DNA from: Bryobacterales bacterium
GTDB taxonomy: Bacteria > Acidobacteriota > Terriglobia > Bryobacterales > JACQDG01
Length of the DNA stretch: 34,690 nucleotides
Reading direction: 5' to 3'
Assembly: GCA_035632135.1 (NCBI GenBank)
Contig: DASQHK010000491.1
Coordinates: 1 to 34,690 of the forward strand
Below, one piece after another: positions 1 through 7,841 of this stretch (the first letter of the stretch is position 1; each line of letters begins with the position of its first letter). The notes beneath the pieces were generated by a model. The model had not been told where the DNA came from, did no database searches, and saw only the letters and a list, made by a program, of their open reading frames with translations. Both the position numbers and the translations under genes were made by a program.

Positions 1-126
1 CTTCGGCGCGGCCGGATCGCCGAGCGGATAGAACGCTCGGAATTTTTGCGGGTAGGTCCCGAGAACCAACGGCTGCGCGGAAGCGAGCAGCGAAAGAAGA
101 AGCAAACCCAACAACGCGCGGGGCAT
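1..126 (-). CDS. hypothetical exported protein, N-terminal 42 codons only (gene continues past window start)
   Basis: Not in the ORF track because it runs off the edge. The reverse complement of 1..126 starts with ATG (126..124) and reads MPRALLGLLLLSLLASAQPLVLGTYPQKFRAFYPLGDPAAPK. This looks like a signal peptide: Arg n-region, Leu-rich core, ASA-Q cleavage-like site. Confidence 0.5.
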   Translation of the reverse strand, partial: MPRALLGLLLLSLLASAQPLVLGTYPQKFRAFYPLGDPAAPK

Positions 127-149
127 CAGGGCGACTCGCTCCCGTAGTG

Positions 150-155
150 TAGAAT
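150..155 (+). promoter_or_regulatory. candidate -10 hexamer TAGAAT, 13 nt upstream of the S41 peptidase ATG
   Basis: TAGAAT lies in the 42-nt divergent gap, with no Shine-Dalgarno between it and ATG 169. On the opposite strand the overlapping TATTCT (156..151) could serve the divergent gene. Confidence 0.3.
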
Positions 156-168
156 ATTTGTAGTCTTC

Positions 169-1503
169 ATGCGGCGTTCCCCACCATTGCGGCTTCCGAT
201 TGCAGTGCTCTGGCCGGTGCTGGCCGTTCTGGTGGCGGCGCGGGCGGCAACAGCGCCGGCGCTCACGGCCGAGCAGCGGCGGCTCAACGTCGAGTCGTTT
301 GATTACGTGTGGAGCGCCATTCGCGACCACCACTGGGACCCCAAGCTCGGCGGCGTGGATTGGGACGCCGCTCGCAACGAACTGCGGCCCAAAGTGGAAC
401 AGGCCGGCACGATGACCGAGGCGCGCGCGGCGATGAACGACATGATCAGCCGGCTGCATCAGACGCATTTCGGCATTGTCCCCGCCGAGGTTTACGAAGA
501 CATCGGCCCCCGCCCAGGAGCCGGCCGAGAAGAAAGCGGCGAGGGAACAGTCGGCATCGACGTGCGCGTGATCGGCGGCAACGCGCTCGTCACTTCCGTG
601 GAGCACGGCTCGCCGGCCCAGGCGGGCGACGTCCACCCCGGCTGGCAGATTGTCAGGATCGACGGAGCCGCGCTCGAGCCGGTGCTGCGCAAAGTGGCCG
701 AAACTTACAAGAACTCGACCATGCAGGGGCTGATGCTCTCGCGCGCGGTCACCTCCAAGCTTGATGGAAAAGCCGGCGAGAAAGTGCGCATCGAGTTTCT
801 GGATGGACAAGACAAGACTGTTTCGGTGGAGATTGCCCGCGAGCAGCCGCGAGGCGCGCGGGTCCAGTTCGGCTATCTGCCGGTCCGCTACGTGTGGATC
901 GAATCGCACCGGCTCGGCGGCAACATCGGCTACATCCGCTTCAACTTCTTTCTAGACCCGGCGCGGCTGATGGCGGCGTTCGCCGATGGAGTGAAGTCCT
1001 GCGCGGATTGCCGCGGCATGATCATCGACCTGCGCGGCAACCCCGGCGGCATCGGCGTGATGGCTATGGGCATGGCCGGCTGGTTCCTCGACCACGCAGG
1101 CCAGGAACTAGGCACTATGTATACCCGAGAGGCGCCGCTGAAGTTCGTGGTGAACCCGCGCCTGGAAACGTTCGGCAAGCCCCTGGCGATTCTGGTGGAC
1201 TCGAACTCCGCCTCGACCTCGGAGATCTTCGCCGAGGGGATGAAGGACCTGCACCGCGCGCGCATCTTCGGCACGCGGACGGCCGGCGCCGCGCTGCCCT
1301 CGGTGTTTGAACGGCTCCCGAACGGCGACGGCTTTCAGTATGCGATCGCCAACTATATTTCCGAAGGCGGCAAGCCGCTGGAGGGCGTGGGCGTCACTCC
1401 GGATGTTGAAGCGCCGCTGAGCCGCGAGGCGCTGCTCGCCGGGCGCGACCCGGTGATTGACGCCGCCGCTGATTGGCTTCGCCAAACCAAGGAGGCACAG
1501 TGA
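169..1503 (+). CDS. S41 family (C-terminal processing/tail-specific-like) serine peptidase, secreted
   Basis: N-terminal signal peptide (MRRSPPLRLPIAVLWPVLAVLVAARA). PDZ-like segment (GIDVRVIGGNALVTSVEHGSPAQAGDVHPGWQIVRIDG). S41-type motifs DLRGNPGG and SNSASTSEIFA. Confidence 0.85.
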   Translation: MRRSPPLRLPIAVLWPVLAVLVAARAATAPALTAEQRRLNVESFDYVWSAIRDHHWDPKLGGVDWDAARNELRPKVEQAGTMTEARAAMNDMISRLHQTHFGIVPAEVYEDIGPRPGAGREESGEGTVGIDVRVIGGNALVTSVEHGSPAQAGDVHPGWQIVRIDGAALEPVLRKVAETYKNSTMQGLMLSRAVTSKLDGKAGEKVRIEFLDGQDKTVSVEIAREQPRGARVQFGYLPVRYVWIESHRLGGNIGYIRFNFFLDPARLMAAFADGVKSCADCRGMIIDLRGNPGGIGVMAMGMAGWFLDHAGQELGTMYTREAPLKFVVNPRLETFGKPLAILVDSNSASTSEIFAEGMKDLHRARIFGTRTAGAALPSVFERLPNGDGFQYAIANYISEGGKPLEGVGVTPDVEAPLSREALLAGRDPVIDAAADWLRQTKEAQ

Positions 1504-2300
1504 TTTACTCAACATTGCCGGCCCGGCTTGTTTCTGGGACCGTTCTACTTGCCTGGGTTACCGTGGGTGTCCGCGCGCCGGCGGCGGCTCCAGCGCCGCC
1601 CAAGGCCGAGACGATCCTCGATCAGTACGTGGAGGCAACCGGGGGGCGCGCCGCGTACAAGAAAGTCCACAACGAAATCACGACGGGGACCATGGAGTTC
1701 GTCGGCAAAGGCCTGAAGGCGGCGCTGACCTCGTATAAAGCTGAGGGCGGCAAGAGCTACAACCTGGCAGAGATTCCGGGCGTGGGCAAGATCGAGCAGG
1801 GGACCGACGGCGAGGTAGCCTGGGAGCGCTCGGCGCTGCAAGGCCCGCGCATCAAGCAGGGGGAGGAGCGCGCCGCCGCCCTGCGCGAAGCTGCTTTCAA
1901 CGCTGACTGGCGCGACCTCTTCAAGAAAGCCGAGCTGGCCGGCGAGGAGGACGTCGACGGCACCGCCTGCTACAAGGTAATCCTCACGCCCAACGAAGGC
2001 CGGCCCGAAACGCGCTACTACGACAAAAAGACTCACCTGCTGGTGAAGGCGAGCAAGATCGTCAAGACGGCCATGGGCGAGATTCCGGCGGAGATCGCCG
2101 TCAGCGAATACAAGGCGGTGAACGGAATCCTGAGCGCCACCAAGGTGCGGCAGGTAGCCATCGGCCAGGAGTTTCTGATTACCATCAGCTCCATCGAGTA
2201 CAACGCCGGGCTGCCCGGGAACCGCTTCGACCTGCCGGACGACGTGAAGGCGCTGCTCGAAAAGTCCAACGGCGCGGGCAAAGCCGCGACGAGCAAGTAA
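1500..2300 (+). CDS. secreted LolA-like / lipoprotein-sorting-fold hypothetical protein
   Basis: AAGGAGG at 1489..1495, a 4-nt spacer, then GTG at 1500 overlapping the upstream TGA (GTGA). I prefer this to the track's ATG at 1473. Hydrophobic signal sequence (LVSGTVLLAWVTVGVRAPAAA). The body (ILDQYVEATGG..., GTDGEVAWE...) resembles LolA/outer-membrane lipoprotein-sorting-like proteins from memory only. Confidence 0.65.
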   Translation: MIYSTLPARLVSGTVLLAWVTVGVRAPAAAPAPPKAETILDQYVEATGGRAAYKKVHNEITTGTMEFVGKGLKAALTSYKAEGGKSYNLAEIPGVGKIEQGTDGEVAWERSALQGPRIKQGEERAAALREAAFNADWRDLFKKAELAGEEDVDGTACYKVILTPNEGRPETRYYDKKTHLLVKASKIVKTAMGEIPAEIAVSEYKAVNGILSATKVRQVAIGQEFLITISSIEYNAGLPGNRFDLPDDVKALLEKSNGAGKAATSK

Positions 2301-2302
2301 AA

Positions 2303-4063
2303 ATGGAAAACGCTCTGCGTGGTATCAATACCTACCTCAACAGCAAGGTTCGGAACTGCGAGCTGACCGACGAAGTGCGGCGCGAGGCAGCCAAAGCGGG
2401 GCCGCAAGGGGATGGTTTGCGCGCGCATTACGCTTCGCTCGAGCGCGACCCCAAGTCGCCCAAGATCTATTATCTCGCCGCTGACTGCAAGGGCCCGCAC
2501 CTGCTGCGCTGCCGGCCCGACGGCATCGATGTGCTCCCATTCGCCTCCGCCGACCGCGAAGCTGTGCGGCATTTTGCCGAAACCATCAACCGTGCGTTCC
2601 TGCCGCGGCCGCAAAAAGACCTGTCGGCGGTGGCGGTGGGCAACCGGCACCCGGAAATCTCGCTGCCCGCCGCCTTCGACGCTTTCGGCAAAATCCTGGC
2701 GGCCAAGGGCGTGAACATGGCCAGCACCGTGCAGCTTTCGGCGACGCGCGAGATGACCACCGACGAGCGGCTGGCCTCGCGCAGCGGGGAGAACCCAACC
2801 GAGATCGGCCACACGCGCGTGTCGATCGAGCACCTCTACCACGCCGGGCTGTGGGCAGCGATTCGCGCCGGCTGGCGAGCGGGGTACAACGCCGAGGCCG
2901 ACCACTTCATCATCAGCGGGGCGAGCGACGCCGAGATCGCGCGCTCCATCGACCAGACGAAAGCCGCCATCCGCGCCGCCACCGGCTACACCAAGTTCAC
3001 CACCGACACATCGCGCCTGTTTCGCCTGGAGGCCGACACGCGCCACCCGCGGGCTTGGAACGACGCTGAAGTCGAGCGCGAGTTTGAACGCATCCTTTCG
3101 CCCGAAGAGCGCTCCTGGGTACTCAGCGAGTTCTCGCGGCCCTTCCCAATCGCCGGCCGCACATATTCTTTTAGCCCCGCGGAAATCTGCCGTTTGGCCG
3201 TGAAGTTCAGCCAGAGTCTCAAGCTCAACGAGCAGCTTTTCGATTACATCCAGCAGGCCAAGCGCGAAAGCGGCCGCGCGGTGGAGTTCGACTTCGAGCC
3301 GTCCATCGACGAGGCGGACACGCTGACCACCGCGCGCGAGCTGATCTTCTACATGCACTGGCTCGCCGCGCGGGGCCGGCGGGCGCAACTGGTGCCGCCC
3401 AACCTCGGCTTCAAGAAGCGCCAGGCGTACCCGGAGACGTCCGACGCGCTCGCCGCATACGTCGCTCACAAGATGTGGCCGGAGCTGCTGCCGCGCGTGA
3501 AGAGCGAGTTCGGCGGGCGGCCCGTCGAGGAGCTGGGCGCGCGCGTGCGCGAGCTGGCCGAGGTGGCGCGGTTCTTCGATGGTACTCTCAGTATCCACTC
3601 GGGCAGTGGCAAGCAGGCGGCCGTGCTCCAGATGATCGGCCACTCGACCGGCGGCCGCGTGAACTATAAGATTTCGGGCGAGCTGCAGCTTCAGTTGCTC
3701 GACGTGCTTTCCGAGCAGCCGGCGGGTTCGCCGTGGCGCAAGCTGTACGAGCGCATGGTGGACCGCTGCGTCGAGTTCGCCGCTGCCGGCGCGTTCGGCG
3801 AGGAGAGCGAGCTGGCGCGCATCTATCGCGGCCGCGGCCTCGCTTACTCTCTCGGCGACCGGCGCAAGGGCCGCGTGGACGGGAACCTGTTCCTGGTTTT
3901 TTGGATCGGCAACCTGGTCGGCTCGCGCGACACGGCAGACCCCGGCGGCGACCAGCGCTTCTTCAAGGAAAAGCTCGACGAGCTGCCCGCCGATCTGCTG
4001 CAAGAAGTGCAGCGGCGCAACAGCGAGTACATCGTCTGGCTCGCGGAACAATTACTCGCATAG
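2303..4063 (+). CDS. divergent UxaE-like (tagaturonate/fructuronate epimerase family) TIM-barrel protein, putative
   Basis: 586 aa with balanced amino-acid composition; the 672-aa antisense ORF is R/A/L/G-rich. The motif order AEADHF ... EPSIDEADTLTTARE ... PPNLGFKKRQAYPE ... SIHSGSGKQ ... NYKISGE recalls UxaE motifs (DADH, SxDET, HSGSDKF, KTAGT) as I remember them. Starts 2 nt after the upstream stop. Confidence 0.55.
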   Translation: MENALRGINTYLNSKVRNCELTDEVRREAAKAGPQGDGLRAHYASLERDPKSPKIYYLAADCKGPHLLRCRPDGIDVLPFASADREAVRHFAETINRAFLPRPQKDLSAVAVGNRHPEISLPAAFDAFGKILAAKGVNMASTVQLSATREMTTDERLASRSGENPTEIGHTRVSIEHLYHAGLWAAIRAGWRAGYNAEADHFIISGASDAEIARSIDQTKAAIRAATGYTKFTTDTSRLFRLEADTRHPRAWNDAEVEREFERILSPEERSWVLSEFSRPFPIAGRTYSFSPAEICRLAVKFSQSLKLNEQLFDYIQQAKRESGRAVEFDFEPSIDEADTLTTARELIFYMHWLAARGRRAQLVPPNLGFKKRQAYPETSDALAAYVAHKMWPELLPRVKSEFGGRPVEELGARVRELAEVARFFDGTLSIHSGSGKQAAVLQMIGHSTGGRVNYKISGELQLQLLDVLSEQPAGSPWRKLYERMVDRCVEFAAAGAFGEESELARIYRGRGLAYSLGDRRKGRVDGNLFLVFWIGNLVGSRDTADPGGDQRFFKEKLDELPADLLQEVQRRNSEYIVWLAEQLLA

Positions 4064-4145
4064 GCGGGGCGGGCCTCGGCACAGGGTTCGAAGCCGCGCG
4101 CAGGCGTGCGATCGGGCGGACGCAGCATTGCCACACGCGCCGGTG

Positions 4146-4154
4146 TGCTAAAAT
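4146..4154 (+). promoter_or_regulatory. candidate extended -10 (TGcTAAAAT) 10 nt upstream of ATG 4165
   Basis: TGCTAAAAT matches the TGnTAnAAT extended -10 pattern. No SD lies between it and the start codon, implying a very short or absent leader. Confidence 0.35.
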
Positions 4155-4164
4155 CCGCAGCGTC

Positions 4165-5373
4165 ATGAATCGCAGAAAATTCCTGCTCGCGGCCGGCGGG
4201 GCGGCGGCCGCCTCGCTTGCGCCCGCCCAAACTAATCGCGGTAATCGCGGTTACGACATCCTGATCCGCAACGGGGACGTTCGCGATCCGGGCCGCGGAT
4301 TTCGCGCCCGCGCCGACGTCGCCATTCTCGACGGCAAGATCGCCGCCATCGAATCGAGCATCCCGCCCGAGCGCGCTCGCGACGTGATCGACGCCAGCGG
4401 CCTCTACGTGACGCCGGGGCTGGTCGACCTGCACACCCACTGCTACTTGGGAGGCACGGGCCTCGGCATCGAGGCGGATCGCGTCGGCGCGCGCTCCGGC
4501 GTCACCACCTGGGTGGACGCCGGCAGCTTCGGCTACGACACGTTTCCCGGTTTCAAGCGCTTCATCATCGAGCCTTCGCAGGCGCGCATTTTCGCCTATG
4601 TCTACCTGTATCCTAGTGAGCGCAATCCCGATATCGACGAGGTGAAATACGTCCGCAGCGTGATGCGGCCGACCGGGGAAACCGCTGTCGCCAACCGCGA
4701 TCTCCTCATCGGCGTGAAATTCCAGGTTGGCTCGAACATGAACGGCCGCTACAGCCTCGATTTTCTGAAAATCGCACGCGAGCTTTGCGACGCGTACAAG
4801 CTGCCGCTGATGGCGCACATCAGCTTCGCGCCGCCCGAGACGCCGGAGGTGATGGCGCTAATGCGATCGGGCGACGTGGTCACGCACTGCTACAACGGCC
4901 ACACGCTGGGCCTGGTGGACGCGCAGGGCAAGCTCAAGCCGGGCGTCGCCGAAGCACGGGCGCGCGGCGTGCTGTTCGACGTCGGCCATGGCCTGGGCAG
5001 CTTCAACTTCGCAGCGGCGCGCAAGTGCCTCGATGCGGGCTTCGTGTGCGATTCCATCTCCACCGACATTTACAACCTCAACATCAACGGCCCGGTGTAC
5101 GATCTGCCCACCACCATGTCAAAGCTGATGTATCTGGGGATGAGCTTCGACGACGTGCTGCTGCGCACCACGGCCAATCCGGCAAAAGTGGTGGGCCGCG
5201 TAGACGGCCTGGGGAGACTGCGCCTGGGCGGCCCGGCCGACATTGCGCTGCTGGCCATCGAGGAGGGCGAGTTTCAGTTGGTCGATTCGCAGAAAAACGC
5301 GGTCACGGCGAAGCAGCGGATCGTGAGCCGGCTGACGATTTGCCGGGGAAAACGACTCCTCGCGCCGCTCTGA
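4165..5373 (+). CDS. amidohydrolase/deacylase-family metallohydrolase with twin-arginine signal
   Basis: The internal ATG at 4165 gives MNRRKFLLAAGGAAAASLAPAQ, a Tat-type RRxFL motif. Amidohydrolase hallmarks are GLVDLHTH, a later HISF and DVGHG. The track's 144 upstream codons are Arg/Ala-rich read-through. Confidence 0.8.
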   Translation: MNRRKFLLAAGGAAAASLAPAQTNRGNRGYDILIRNGDVRDPGRGFRARADVAILDGKIAAIESSIPPERARDVIDASGLYVTPGLVDLHTHCYLGGTGLGIEADRVGARSGVTTWVDAGSFGYDTFPGFKRFIIEPSQARIFAYVYLYPSERNPDIDEVKYVRSVMRPTGETAVANRDLLIGVKFQVGSNMNGRYSLDFLKIARELCDAYKLPLMAHISFAPPETPEVMALMRSGDVVTHCYNGHTLGLVDAQGKLKPGVAEARARGVLFDVGHGLGSFNFAAARKCLDAGFVCDSISTDIYNLNINGPVYDLPTTMSKLMYLGMSFDDVLLRTTANPAKVVGRVDGLGRLRLGGPADIALLAIEEGEFQLVDSQKNAVTAKQRIVSRLTICRGKRLLAPL

Positions 5374-5817
5374 TCACTTGACAAAAATCAATCCAAATTG
5401 GTTGTCCACCACTTCGCCGCCGGGGCCGAAGGTGAAATTCGACGTGATCAGCCCGCTCGCCCCGGCAAACTGCCCTTCGCCGCCATCGATCCGCCACATC
5501 ACCGCGCCGTGCCGCAGCGCCGGGTCCGCGCTGGGCCCCGTGTGTCCCTCGCCCACGGTACTGAAGCGCAGCCGGTTGCCGGCCCCGAAGGTGATGGTCC
5601 CTTTCTCCTGAAACGAATCGTGGCCGGTGATAGTCACCTCCGACTCGAACGTCGCCGTACCGCCGGCCGCAGGCTCGATGCTGCCGCTCAATCCTCGCGC
5701 GCCGACGATGCTGGTGATGGAGCAGCTCGGCGCGCTGGTGGCCGCCTTCCGTGCGTTCGATGCGCTCAGCGGCCCGGCCGAACCCTTAAACTGCATCGCG
5801 TAAATGAGCTGTCGCAT
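5374..5817 (-). CDS. small beta-barrel protein, allene-oxide-cyclase/dirigent-barrel-like (tentative)
   Basis: The start at ATG 5817 (MRQLIYAMQF...) has GGGAGGA 10 nt upstream on the - strand. The track's start at 5886 would overlap pta. The C-terminal IDGGEGQFAGASG motif resembles the GGTGxFxxAxG of AOC/dirigent barrels. The stop abuts the stop of the convergent amidohydrolase (TGATCA). Confidence 0.6.
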   Translation of the reverse strand: MRQLIYAMQFKGSAGPLSASNARKAATSAPSCSITSIVGARGLSGSIEPAAGGTATFESEVTITGHDSFQEKGTITFGAGNRLRFSTVGEGHTGPSADPALRHGAVMWRIDGGEGQFAGASGLITSNFTFGPGGEVVDNQFGLIFVK

Positions 5818-5854
5818 GACTCGCGTGTCCTCCCGGATTTCACATGGTAGATAG

Positions 5855-5860
5855 TAAGAT
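5855..5860 (+). promoter_or_regulatory. candidate -10 TAAGAT exactly 6 nt upstream of the pta ATG (leaderless-type geometry)
   Basis: The + strand sequence (5851..5869) is ATAGTAAGATgcttgtATG. On the - strand TACTAT (5856..5851) overlaps it by 2 nt and could serve the divergent gene. Confidence 0.35.
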
Positions 5861-5866
5861 GCTTGT

Positions 5867-6841
5867 ATGTCCATCGAGGACTTCACGACGAAGCTGGTCT
5901 CGCGAGCGCGCGTTCTGCAGAAGCGGATTGTATTTCCAGAGGGGACCGACGAGCGGGTGCTGGTGGCCGCGGCGCGCCTGGCGCAGGAAAAGATCGTGCA
6001 GCCGATCTTGATCGGCCCGGCGCGCGAGGGCTTGGCCGGGGTCGCCTTCGTCGAGCCGGAGAAATCGGAAAAGCTCTCCCGCTACGCCGCCATCTATCAC
6101 GAGCGGCGCAAGGCTCGGGGCGTCACCGAGCGAGAGGCGGCCGAAGTCGCGCATCGGCCGCTCTACTTTGCCGATTTGATGCTCGCCAACGGCGACGCCG
6201 ACGGCTGCGTGGGCGGCGCCGTCAACAGCACCGCCGAGACGGTGCGCGCGGCGCTGCATTGTGTCGGCGTGCGGCCGGGCTTTCGGCTTATTTCCAGCTT
6301 CATGCTCATGGTGTTTCGCGATGGCCGTGGCATCGCCTTCGCCGACTGCGCCGTCAACCCCAACCCCAGCTCTGCGGACCTGGCCGACATTGCCATCGCC
6401 GCCGCCGAAAATGCCCGCACGTTTCTCGAGGCCGAGCCGCGCGTGGCGCTGCTCTCTTTTTCCACCAAGGGCAGCGCGAAGCACCCGATGGCCGACAAGG
6501 TCGTCGAGGCGGTGAAGATCGTTCGCGAGCGCGCGCCGCAGTTGTGCGTCGACGGCGAATTGCAGGTGGACGCCGCGCTGGTGGAGGCCGTGGGCCGCTC
6601 GAAGGCGCCTGGCTCGCCGGTGGCCGGGCGCGCCAACGTGCTCATCTTTCCTGATCTCGACGCCGCCAACATCGGCTACAAGCTGGCCGAGCGGCTCGGC
6701 GGCGCGCTCGCCCTGGGGCCGTTCCTGCAAGGATTGAACAAGCCGGCTAATGACCTCTCGCGGGGCTGCTCGGCGGACGAGATTTTTTATGTGGCTGCGG
6801 TGACCGCGCTGCAGGCTCATGCCGCCGCGCACAGTTCCTGA
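5867..6841 (+). CDS. pta: phosphate acetyltransferase (short-form Pta)
   Basis: 324 aa. Typical Pta N-terminus ([31 protein letters not shown]) and C-terminus ([25 protein letters not shown]...[19 protein letters not shown]). Confidence 0.92.
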   Translation: MSIEDFTTKLVSRARVLQKRIVFPEGTDERVLVAAARLAQEKIVQPILIGPAREGLAGVAFVEPEKSEKLSRYAAIYHERRKARGVTEREAAEVAHRPLYFADLMLANGDADGCVGGAVNSTAETVRAALHCVGVRPGFRLISSFMLMVFRDGRGIAFADCAVNPNPSSADLADIAIAAAENARTFLEAEPRVALLSFSTKGSAKHPMADKVVEAVKIVRERAPQLCVDGELQVDAALVEAVGRSKAPGSPVAGRANVLIFPDLDAANIGYKLAERLGGALALGPFLQGLNKPANDLSRGCSADEIFYVAAVTALQAHAAAHSS

Positions 6842-7758
6842 TGCTTCCCTTCAAGCTGGTCTACTCCAACCGCTACGACCTCAACCTGGGCCAGCACGTT
6901 TTTCCTTCGCAGAAGTACCGGCTCATCCACGACCGGCTGCTCGAGAGCGGCATCGCCTCGCCGGAGGACTTCCTGGAGCCCACGCCCGCTACCGACGAAG
7001 ATATTCTGCTCGTCCACGAGCCCGGCTACGTGCAGCGCCTCAAGACCGGCACGCTCAGTTACCACGAAATCATTCAGATGGAAATTCCTTACTCGCGGCA
7101 GATGGTCGAGGCGGTGTGGCTGGCGACCGGCGGGACGATTCTAGCGGGGCGCCGGGCGCTGGCCGACGGCCTGGCCATGAACATCAGCGGCGGCTTTCAC
7201 CACGCCTTTCCCGACCACGGCGAAGGGTTCTGCGCCATCCACGACGTGGCCGTGGCCATCCGCCGGCTGCAAGCCGAGAAGGCCATCGAGCGGGCACTGC
7301 TGATCGATTGCGACGTACACCAGGGCAACGGCACAGCCGCCATTTTCGCGGGCGATAACTCGGTGTTTACCATTTCCATTCATCAGTACGACTACTACCC
7401 GTCGGAGAAGCCGGAGAGCGACATCGACATACACCTCGACGACCGCACCGGCGACGCAGATTACCTGGTAGCCCTTTCGGCCCGCTACGTTCCGGCAGTC
7501 GAAAGCTTCCGGCCGCAACTTGTCTTTTATTTGGCTGGAGCCGATCCCTATTACCAGGACCAACTGGGAGGCCTGTCACTGACGATGGAGGGGCTCGGGC
7601 GCCGGGACAAGCTTGTCATCGGGGCCGCGCGCCGCGCCGGGGCTGGCGTGGCCATTACGCTCGCCGGCGGCTATGCGGTCCAGGTGGAAGACACGGTCGC
7701 CATCCACTGCAACACGGTGGCGGCGGCGAAGGAAGCGCTGGAGGGGGCGTCAGCATGA
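6841..7758 (+). CDS. histone deacetylase-family Zn-dependent deacetylase (AcuC/HDAC-like)
   Basis: Motifs ISGGFHHAFPDHGEGFCAIHDVAVAI, LIDCDVHQGNGT and YLAGADPYYQD. The ATG at 6841 overlaps the pta TGA by 1 nt (TGATG). Confidence 0.9.
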   Translation: MLPFKLVYSNRYDLNLGQHVFPSQKYRLIHDRLLESGIASPEDFLEPTPATDEDILLVHEPGYVQRLKTGTLSYHEIIQMEIPYSRQMVEAVWLATGGTILAGRRALADGLAMNISGGFHHAFPDHGEGFCAIHDVAVAIRRLQAEKAIERALLIDCDVHQGNGTAAIFAGDNSVFTISIHQYDYYPSEKPESDIDIHLDDRTGDADYLVALSARYVPAVESFRPQLVFYLAGADPYYQDQLGGLSLTMEGLGRRDKLVIGAARRAGAGVAITLAGGYAVQVEDTVAIHCNTVAAAKEALEGASA

Positions 7759-7841
7759 CAGCATTGCTCGCGCCCCGCAACCACTCCCTAACGGTCGTGG
7801 CTCGGTATCGGATTCTGAGCGCGTGACGTGTGACGCCGGGC

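Noticed and set aside
2033-4051. 672-aa ORF on the - strand opposite the UxaE-like gene
   Set aside because: It has an Arg/Ala/Leu/Gly-rich antisense-type composition. The + strand product has balanced composition, ordered motifs and tight coupling to upstream genes.
3733-4164. 144-codon N-terminal extension of the amidohydrolase ORF (similar extensions at 17063..17155, 18647..18772, 34367..34645, 5818..5886 and 1473..1499)
   Set aside because: The extensions overlap upstream genes or are Arg/Ala-rich read-through. Internal starts give canonical N-termini (Tat signal, acc[15 protein letters not shown], a TRAM domain preceded by AAGGAGG) or 4-nt overlap coupling.
7759-7841. Convergent intergenic region after the HDAC-like gene, with a GTGACG-T-GTGACG direct repeat
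   Set aside because: The repeat is only a 6-mer duplicated once, with no hairpin or other structure. This is consistent with chance.
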